Assembly (NCBI GenBank): GCA_027039295.1
Contig: JALWEW010000058.1
Coordinates: 1-37,636 of the forward strand
DNA: 37,636 nucleotides
Direction: 5' to 3'
Origin: Acidilobaceae archaeon
Lineage (GTDB): Archaea; Thermoproteota; Thermoprotei_A; Sulfolobales; Acidilobaceae
Shown: in pieces, positions 26,393 through 34,100 of the stretch
Layout: each line of letters starts with the position of its first letter
Position numbering within the stretch: position 1 is the first letter of the stretch
The notes under the pieces: model-generated
Seen by the model: only the letters and a program-made list of their open reading frames with translations
Database searches by the model: none
Told to the model about the DNA's origin: nothing
Program-made: the position numbers and the translations under genes

Positions 26393-27343
26393 ATGACTTC
26401 AACGTGCATCGTGGGCGCGGGAGCCATAGGCTCGGCTATAGCATCCCTCATGGAGGCAAACGGCTGCGAGTACCGCCTCTACTCGCGAAGCCCAGGCCCG
26501 AGGGCGGTCTCGGCCCCCTGGGGCCGCTACAGGCTTGAGGCCATAGGCCCCCCATGGCCTCCGGGTCACTGCGAGTACGCCGTCCTAGCTGTGAAGGCGT
26601 ATGATACCGTGCCCGCCCTAGAGTTAATTGATACGTACAGAGTCGAGGCCCCAGTGCTGGTGGTGGTCCAGAACGGCCTGGGAGGCCTCGAGGAAGCGTC
26701 TAAGAGGCGTAGGGGGGTAACAGCGGGTGGAGTCGCCGACTTCGGAGTACTCAGGAGGGGCCCTACGGCTCTCGTCACCGGGTTGGGAAGGCTCGTACTG
26801 GGGTGCCCCGGCTGGGATTGCACGGGCCTCCTGGAGAGCCTGGCTCGATGCCTCCAGGCTGGGGGCGTCGAGGTTGTACTAGCACCTGATATCGAGCCCT
26901 ACCGCTGGCTCAAGCTGGCAGTCAACGCGGCCATAAACACAGTGACTGCTCTGCTCGGGGAGACCAACGGCGTCATACTCCGCAACCCCTACGCCCGGGA
27001 GGCGGCCGTGGAGATCGCGAGGATCGCGGCAGAGGAGGCCCGTAAGAGGGGAGTCCAGCTCGCCGGGGACGCCGTAGGAGAGACCCTGCGCGTGGCGGAG
27101 GCCACGGCCTCTAATGTCAGCTCTACACTACAGGACCTCCTATCAGGCTCGCGGACCGAGGTCGACTACATCCTAGGCCCCCTCGCAGGGCGGGGGGAGC
27201 TTAGGCTTCTCTACCTGCTACTCAAGGCGCTCGAGGAGAGCCGCAGAGATCCAGTAACTCGGGCCAATCAGGGCATAGTAGAGCCGCCCCAGCGAATACC
27301 AGGCACCCGGGCTCCCCTGCGCCCAGAGCCCTGGCGGCCTTGA
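26393..27343 (+). CDS. panE: 2-dehydropantoate 2-reductase (ketopantoate reductase, ApbA/PanE family)
   Basis: Rossmann IVGAGAIGSAIASLM, WLKLAVNAAINTVTALLG and SSTLQDLLSGSRTEVDYILG. The last ~33 aa are a low-complexity tail. Confidence 0.8.
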   Translation: MTSTCIVGAGAIGSAIASLMEANGCEYRLYSRSPGPRAVSAPWGRYRLEAIGPPWPPGHCEYAVLAVKAYDTVPALELIDTYRVEAPVLVVVQNGLGGLEEASKRRRGVTAGGVADFGVLRRGPTALVTGLGRLVLGCPGWDCTGLLESLARCLQAGGVEVVLAPDIEPYRWLKLAVNAAINTVTALLGETNGVILRNPYAREAAVEIARIAAEEARKRGVQLAGDAVGETLRVAEATASNVSSTLQDLLSGSRTEVDYILGPLAGRGELRLLYLLLKALEESRRDPVTRANQGIVEPPQRIPGTRAPLRPEPWRP

Positions 27344-27788
27344 CAGCGTCTGAACATGCCTCAACGAAGTAAAGCCTCTCTCCTTCTAGAGAATCGCTCG
27401 CCCCGAAGCCGGGCGCCGCGGGCTCCGCGTTCCTCCCAAGGAGGAGGGCTAGCTTGTCCTCCCAGGGGTGCCCCCAAGGCCCCACCACCCACGTGATACT
27501 CACCACTACAAAGAAACGGCTGAATGTGAGGTTGTCAATGTGCCATCTAAGCCTGCCAGGGGCCTCCAGGTGCCTGGAGAGCCTAGCCCTCAGGCCTCGC
27601 CCCGCTGAGCCGACGTAAGCGTAGAGGCGGCCAGCCTCGAGTTTCACAACGCCCCCCCGCGAGGGCACATAGACGGGGCTCATGAGGCCTCCAACTAGCA
27701 CGTAAACCCCGGGGGACTCAGGAACGGCATCGTACGGCCCCCGGGGACCCGGTGAAGGCGGAGCCTCTTCCAGCCTATCGCCACCCAT
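27222..27788 (-). CDS. DUF123 (GIY-YIG/Uri-superfamily-like) protein
   Basis: GVYVLV...GRLYAYVGSAGRGLRARLSRHL....LRWHIDNL matches the DUF123 pattern (Y.YVGSA..L..Ri.RH....HWHIDYL). The C-terminal ~45 aa overlap panE antisense. Confidence 0.7.
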   Translation of the reverse strand: MGGDRLEEAPPSPGPRGPYDAVPESPGVYVLVGGLMSPVYVPSRGGVVKLEAGRLYAYVGSAGRGLRARLSRHLEAPGRLRWHIDNLTFSRFFVVVSITWVVGPWGHPWEDKLALLLGRNAEPAAPGFGASDSLEGERLYFVEACSDAVKAARALGAGEPGCLVFAGAALLCPDWPELLDLCGSPRAP

Positions 27789-27936
27789 AACCGACGCCCT
27801 CGGAAGCTGGGAGTGCAGGCGTACTTCGGTGGTTATCCACTCGAGCGGGGTAAGTCATTGCAGGGCGTCTATGCTGGGAGACGCGGACTAATATGCCGCG
27901 CGCCCTCGTACCCCCGGCTGAGGGGGCTATCACGGG

Positions 27937-29061
27937 GTGACGGTCTCAGCGGGCGTTGAAGCTCTGCTACTCTACCTGCTGGCGTGGCTTCTGGCCACTA
28001 CAGCCTTTAGGGGTAGGAGGGGGAGACTCGAGGTCTCGCCTCTAGCGGTGCTTCTCCGGTTCAGGACTCGGCTAGGACCATGGAGGGGGAGACTCGCCCG
28101 GGGGGTCTCGCTAGCAGGATACGCCTCAGCGGCGCTGGCCTACCTTGTCATGGGGCTCTTCTACTACCTGATGCTAGCCACGTTCTGGGCCAAGTACGTT
28201 GCCAGGCCTCCCGGGGCTTCCGGGCTAGGCGTCGTCCCCCTTATACCGGGCGTCACGGTGCCGCTGAGCGTCCTACCCCACGTCTTGGCGGCCCTGGGCA
28301 TCGCAGCAGCCCTCCACGAGCTGGCTCATGCCGTCGCCGCTAGGGCCGAGGGGCTTAGTGTAAAGAATGTCGGGCTCGCGCTCTTCATATTCGTGCCTGC
28401 AGCATTCGTAGAGCTAGACGAGGAAGAGCTGACACGGGCCCCCCTGACCTCGAAGCTTAAGGTTTACTCGGCCGGGGTTACGGCTAACGTGCTGCTCTAC
28501 TTGCTCTTCCTCGGCTTCGCAGCCGCCCTGCCCTGCACGGCGCTCTCGCATGGAGTCTCAGTGATAGGCGTGACGCCTAACTCGCCAGCGGCTAACGCGA
28601 CCATCGCCGGCCTGCCGGGCCACGGCCTCCAGAAGGGTGATATAATTGTAGGCGTGAACGGCGCCAGCGTGTACTGCATCAAACAGCTAGCCGCCGCCTT
28701 CGAGAGGACTGGCGTGAAGGAGCCGGGAAGAGCAGTAAACCTGACACTCGAGATAATCAGAGGCGGCAAAACGTATATAGCGTACGTGTACAAACCCGCT
28801 AACCATACACTGATAGGCATAACCATTATGAACAAGTATACAGCAGCGGGTCTCCTCATCTACTCATCCATAATGCTTAACCTGGCGCTGGCACTCATAA
28901 ACGCGGGCCCCCTGTTCATAACTGACGGCGCGAAGATGCTAGACGAGCCCCTCGCCAGGCTCGCGGGCCAGCAGGGCAGGCTCGTGTCAGCCGGGATCCA
29001 GGCCGCAACGCTGCTCCTGATATTCTCTCTACTAACACTAAAGCCCATACTGCCAGGCTAG
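27937..29061 (+). CDS. Site-2 protease family (M50) membrane zinc metalloprotease with a PDZ domain
   Basis: HELAH (28315-28329), PDZ-like GLQKGDIIVGVNGASV, NLALALINAGPLFITDG (NxxPxxxxDG), and multiple TM helices. Confidence 0.85.
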   Translation: MTVSAGVEALLLYLLAWLLATTAFRGRRGRLEVSPLAVLLRFRTRLGPWRGRLARGVSLAGYASAALAYLVMGLFYYLMLATFWAKYVARPPGASGLGVVPLIPGVTVPLSVLPHVLAALGIAAALHELAHAVAARAEGLSVKNVGLALFIFVPAAFVELDEEELTRAPLTSKLKVYSAGVTANVLLYLLFLGFAAALPCTALSHGVSVIGVTPNSPAANATIAGLPGHGLQKGDIIVGVNGASVYCIKQLAAAFERTGVKEPGRAVNLTLEIIRGGKTYIAYVYKPANHTLIGITIMNKYTAAGLLIYSSIMLNLALALINAGPLFITDGAKMLDEPLARLAGQQGRLVSAGIQAATLLLIFSLLTLKPILPG

Positions 29062-29107
29062 CACCCCGCCCTACTTAACCCAACGCTCCCGCTGGATCCC
29101 GCGGGGC

Positions 29108-29773
29108 TTGAGCAGAGTGGGCAAGAGTAGGGGAAAGTTGATAGGAGAGGCCCTCCTGCTCCTCTTCATAGCTGGCCTAGCCCTGGCAGGGTTCCACGCG
29201 GCCTACAAGCACTCCCAAGCGGCCTCGGGCTTCCCGTGCCAGGACGGAAGCCACTACGGGATAGGGCCCGGCAGCCTGACCCTAAGCTATTCCTACAGCG
29301 ACACACTCTGCGGCCTCTACGGCGTTCACGTCAATAGGACCATCGAGCTCGGCCCTAGCGAGTCCTGCCTGAGCCCCCCGGGGGAGGTGATGCCGTTCGA
29401 CGCCCACGGACACCCCCTGATGCCAGGCGCGAGGAGCGGCTATGCCAGTGTCCCACTCGGCGTGAGGCCAGCCTACGTATATGAGAGGCAGGGAGTCTTC
29501 GCGGCGTCGGCTTGCATGCCGATACCCGTCCAGGGCAGGGTGGTCGCGTACTACGATAAGGAGACTGGCGTCCTCCTTAAGGCCACGGCCTACGTCGAAC
29601 TTAACGGGCACAACTACGCTATTAGAGAGCTAGACCTGAGAGGCTACACGATAAGCTCCGGAGGCTCTAGCATAGCCTCCTCGCCCCAGTGGGGCCTCCT
29701 CTACGCCGCTACAATCGGCGTCAGCGGCGCGGCCATAGCCATCGCTGTGAAGAAGCTACTCGAGGCACTCTAA
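29108..29773 (+). CDS. Hypothetical protein with N- and C-terminal TM helices (extracellular middle domain)
   Basis: N-terminal KLIGEALLLLFIAGLALAGF and C-terminal LLYAATIGVSGAAIAIAV. TTG 29108 or GTG 29117. No family recognised. Confidence 0.55.
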   Translation: MSRVGKSRGKLIGEALLLLFIAGLALAGFHAAYKHSQAASGFPCQDGSHYGIGPGSLTLSYSYSDTLCGLYGVHVNRTIELGPSESCLSPPGEVMPFDAHGHPLMPGARSGYASVPLGVRPAYVYERQGVFAASACMPIPVQGRVVAYYDKETGVLLKATAYVELNGHNYAIRELDLRGYTISSGGSSIASSPQWGLLYAATIGVSGAAIAIAVKKLLEAL

Positions 29774-29782
29774 GCTCCAACT

Positions 29783-30196
29783 CTAAAGGCACTTGACACT
29801 GCACTCCTCAGGCTCTAGTCTCCCCCTCCTAGGCCTGTAGGCGCCTATACCTAGGGGCGAGGCTATGACCCATATGATGGGCCAGAGCCTCATATTATCG
29901 ACGTCCCGGCTGGAGGGCCTCGGCGGCCCGGCGGGGTGGGTGTGGAACACTCCAACCACATCCACTCCCAGACCCCAGGCGGCCTTGTGGGCGGCTACCA
30001 CGTCCAGAGGGTCGGACTCGAAGCTCCGCGGCTCAAGAGAGAGGTTCCTAACAGCGTAGTAAGCTACCACCTTGTAGACGCCCCGAGCGCCCGCGTAGCC
30101 CATAAGGAGGCCCACTCTCTCGGGCACGCCCAGGCCCGCCAGCAGAGCCAGGAGCCTGCAGAGGGGGCCTAGGTCAACCACGCATTCACCGCTCAC
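29783..30196 (-). CDS. JAB1/MPN/Mov34 (JAMM) metalloprotease-domain protein
   Basis: JAMM motif FHTHPAGPPRPSSRD (HxH-x7-S-xx-D) with the upstream E in PERVGLLMG. The GTG start overlaps the upstream stop (GTGA). Confidence 0.8.
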   Translation of the reverse strand: MSGECVVDLGPLCRLLALLAGLGVPERVGLLMGYAGARGVYKVVAYYAVRNLSLEPRSFESDPLDVVAAHKAAWGLGVDVVGVFHTHPAGPPRPSSRDVDNMRLWPIIWVIASPLGIGAYRPRRGRLEPEECSVKCL

Positions 30197-30723
30197 CCTT
30201 TAGGCACCTCGAGGATCCAGGCCCTGAGGGTCTCGGTGTCGAGGAGCGCCGCGGTGGCCCTGCCTGTGAGCACCCCCGAGGCCTCGCCGGGGTTCAGCAG
30301 TAGAATGCCCCTAATGTACCTGTAGTCGACCTCGTGCGTGTGGCCATAGAGCACTGCGTCCCAGGAGCCGCTCGCGGCAAGCGCCTCTACGATCCTACGC
30401 GTGAGACCCGCCGAGCCCCAGCCATGCACTAGTAGGATCCTCCTGCCATCAAGCTCTAGCTCAACGGGCGGATCGCTTATCGCAGCCCCCGAGGCCTCCG
30501 CCACCTCGCGGAGCCTCATCTTCTCGCCACAGTTATTCCCATAGACCGCCCTGAACTCTACATCGCCCGGCAAGGCTCCTACGATGGCCGCCAGGGTGAA
30601 CGGCGACACTATGTCGCCTAGGTGCACTATTAGCCTAGCCCCTCTCTCCACGAGCATCCTCGCAGCGGCAACCGCGAGCCGGACGTTATCGTGGGTATCA
30701 CTCAGCACCCCCACCAGCACCAC
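30193..30723 (-). CDS. MJ0936/YfcE-family metallophosphoesterase
   Basis: LSDTHDN, HLGDIVSP, YGNNCGE, LVHGW and YGHTH motifs. GGAGGTG SD (30731-30737) 7 nt upstream of GTG 30723. Confidence 0.85.
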   Translation of the reverse strand: MVLVGVLSDTHDNVRLAVAAARMLVERGARLIVHLGDIVSPFTLAAIVGALPGDVEFRAVYGNNCGEKMRLREVAEASGAAISDPPVELELDGRRILLVHGWGSAGLTRRIVEALAASGSWDAVLYGHTHEVDYRYIRGILLLNPGEASGVLTGRATAALLDTETLRAWILEVPKG

Positions 30724-30882
30724 TCCCGCCCACCTCCAAGGTTTCGGGGAGCCGCCTGCACCCGGGGTATTCCGTGGAGAAGAATTAGAGTTGAACCCTA
30801 GCCACCACCCAATCCCAACTACTCAAATCATAGAAAGGGAGACTTGGAGACTCGATATGGGAAGGAGTTAAGCCGCTTGGCG

Positions 30883-31083
30883 CTAGAGTGAGGCCTTCTC
30901 CGCGAACTCCCTAGCCGCCCTGTCGTACCGTTCCCTGACTTCCCCCAGGGCCTTCTCATACTCGGCTTTGAGCCTCTCCAGCTTCTCCTCGTAGGCTATG
31001 AGTATCTCCCTCCGGATCCTCTCCTCGAGGTCGCTCAGGGGCGGCAGGCCTCTCCGCTCGCTTTCCGCCACTACTCCAGGCAC
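30883..31083 (-). CDS. Hypothetical 66-aa coiled-coil protein
   Basis: Glu/Arg/Lys heptad-like sequence (EERIRREILIAYEEKLERLKAEYEKALGEVRERY). Starts 24 nt downstream of the giant gene stop on the same strand. Confidence 0.4.
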   Translation of the reverse strand: MPGVVAESERRGLPPLSDLEERIRREILIAYEEKLERLKAEYEKALGEVRERYDRAAREFAEKASL

Positions 31084-31107
31084 CCCCTACTCTAGGAGGC
31101 CTCCTAG

Positions 31108-34100
31108 CTAAAAGTACTCTTCCTGCTCTGATAGCCTCTCCGCTATCACCGACTTGACCTTCCAGAGGACCGCTATCAGAGCTATTAACCCAGTTATCCC
31201 GACGAAGAGCGGCGTCATTCTCTTAACCACTGTGAGCGGCGTCGGGTACACTGTTAGTGTAACTGACTTCTGACGCGGGACCTCTATGTAGATGCTGGCG
31301 GGCTTGTAGGCGCTCTGGGCTACGGAGACCTGGTAAATCCCATAGTACGCCTTTAACGCCACGGAGCCACTCTTCGATGTTAAGCCACTCGCCACGACTG
31401 CGTGGGTCCTAGTGTCTATTAGCTCTACTAGGGCGCCAGCCACTGGCTCTGACCTATCATTGACCACCATAACTGTGACCGTGTACTGCCTCGGTTTCAG
31501 CGTTATGTTAATCAGCTCGCCGTTCCTATCGACCCTGAATGTTATCGATGAGGGCAGTACGTAGTAGTCCTGCGAGACCGGCTTGAGCTTACAAGTGTAG
31601 ACGCCGTAGGGGAGCGTTAGGTTCGCCTTCCCGCCTTTTATAGTGACTGTCGTTGGATACCTCACGAGGGGCGGCTTCGCCGCGCCTTGCCTGGACAGCT
31701 CTAGTTTATAGGGGAAGGGTATAGGTTTCTTGAACAGGTAGTCCTTGAGTAGTATAGTCACATTATACGATTTATATGGCAGGATGACCTGGGTCTCGTA
31801 TCCCTTGAGACCGACTGTGATCGTGAACTCTACGGGTTCAAGCGGCGTCTTCGGGGGCGGTGTTACTATTACCTTATAGTGCCCGATCCTAACACCGCCG
31901 CGGGGGCTTACAGTCCCGTTTACGGATACCATCGGTGGGGGCGAGAGCTGCGGCATCTGGTATACGAGTTTAACAAGGGCGCCATCCACTCTATTGCCGT
32001 CTGGGTCTAGTATTACGAGTTTGAGTGGAGCTAAGACCGGGTCAAGTTTAACCTTGACTTCATTGGGGCTCAGTAAGTCTAGCTGGAGCGTCGATGGCTT
32101 ATAGTACTTCGCGGTCACTTCGAGTGTATAGGCCCCCGCCGGCACACTAAGCTCTAGCTCGCCGCTCTCGGCCTTGCCCTGCAGCGTGCCGCTCCCATAG
32201 GGTCCCTCGTAGATTAGGGAGACGTTGGCGTTAATCGGCGTGTGCAGCTGTGAATCGAAGACCCTAAGCGTCAGCGTTACCGTGGGCGGTGTGATGTTGA
32301 ACTCCAGCTTGAGGGGCCTATCCACGGTGAGGTTCCCATCTAGGATCACAGGCTCCCTCATGCCGGGGCCCCATGCTAGTATTGTGTAGTTGCCGTAGCG
32401 TAGCCTGAGGAGCGCCTCCCCCTTGGTGGTGGTGTGAGTTATCGTCTTCCCGATCTCGAGGGGGCGCTTGGGGGCGGCTATGATCGTGAGGTTTGATGCA
32501 CTACCCTCAAGCCATGTGGGCCCTAGTACTTTTAAGGTGATGCTCACAGTGTAGTTCACGGCCTGTAAGTCGAAGACCACACTCTCGTTACCGGCAACGA
32601 CTAGTGTCGCGGTGGTGTTCAGATAGTGTGGCTTGGATATCCTGATCAGGTACTCACCCACTGGTAGCTCCATCTCATAGCCGCTTGAGGCTACTAGCCT
32701 CCCGGTCAGGGGGAACCCATTCCAGCTCTCAAAGTAGAGGGTCACATTAGCAAGCCTGTTATAGGGTGGGGCTAGATCGGGGTCGCGGAAGGAGACGCCT
32801 ATAGTGTAGAGTATGGGCTTGAGCGCGATCTTCAACTGAGAGGTCTTGAATGCATCAATGTAGCCCTTCACCCCCTGATAGCCCTGCCTGGATACTGTGT
32901 AAGCGTAGACGCCGGCTCTAACGGTCAGCGTCACCGAGCCATCAGGCCCCGTCGACGCCTCTACAGCGGGGGCCCCTACGGCCTTGAGTATCGGGTCTTC
33001 GGGTTCCAGCACTATCGAAGCATTAGCCAGAGGTCTTGATGGTATAGTTATGGTTGCGTTAACTGGCTGGTTGTAGACCGCCACCGCCAAGTGGACGAGT
33101 AGGGGATCCATCTTTATGACCTCGCTTACGCTGCTATTAGGCGTGGCTATGAATGACCCCGAGGCCTCGTAGTAGTGGGGCTCGTAAGCGGTTACCGTAT
33201 AGACTCCCGCCGGCATCTCGAAGGACCCTGTGCCACTTGGGAGTAGCAGGCTTATCCTCTTGCCAGGGCCTATGCCGCTATACTCTAATAGCAGCTGGAC
33301 CCCGGGTACGGGGCGGCCCGTTTGGGCGTCCGAGGCCGTTATGTTGATCAGCGTATAGGCCGGGTGCACAGTATAAGACAGGGTCAGCGGGGAGCCTACG
33401 GCCACCTCGAAGGTCTCAGGCTGCGCATAGGGGTGCTCGACCTGCACTAGGTAGACGCCCCTCCTGAGGTTGAGCGTCACTGCCCCCGAGGCGTCGGTGT
33501 AGCCCGTGACGGGTTTCAGTGGGAGAGCGGGGCTTAGGATCTTCACGGTGACGAGCGCCTCTTGGAGTGGTCCCTCGGCGAGGTGCCACTTCGGGTCGGT
33601 TACTACGAACCTTAGTTTTACTTGATACTTTAACGGTGTCATGTAGATCTTGAGTGTATACTCGCCCGTGAACACGGCGTAGGAGTCCGGCCCATACACC
33701 TCGTAGCCGGGTGCCTCCGCTACTATCTTGTAGAGCCCGTAGGGTAGCGTTAGGCTGGTGGTCCCGTTGCGCGCTTCCACGACGAGAGAACCGCCGCCGG
33801 CGGTGCTAGCATAGGCTAGCATGACCGTGGCGTTACCCGCCATGACTCCTGCTGAGTAGAGTTCGGAGTCATAGATGACTATCCTAACATGCGAGTAGAG
33901 CGGTTTGAGTATCACGCGCAGTTCTTCCAGCGAGGGCGTGATATTTACATACTCAACGTAGTCTCCCGTGATGGGGCTGCTCACCTCTAGCTTGTAGAGG
34001 CCGACCCTGAGGGAGAGCCTGGCCACGCCGTTCTCGTCGGTTAGGCCCGTGAATGTCCTGTTGAGCGGTGGCTCGATGAGACTCAGGCTCACGCGGGCCC

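Noticed and set aside
28080-28343. 87-aa alternative-frame ORF inside the site-2 protease gene
   Set aside because: An Arg/Gly/Pro-rich shadow frame. The protease frame carries HExxH and the other family motifs.
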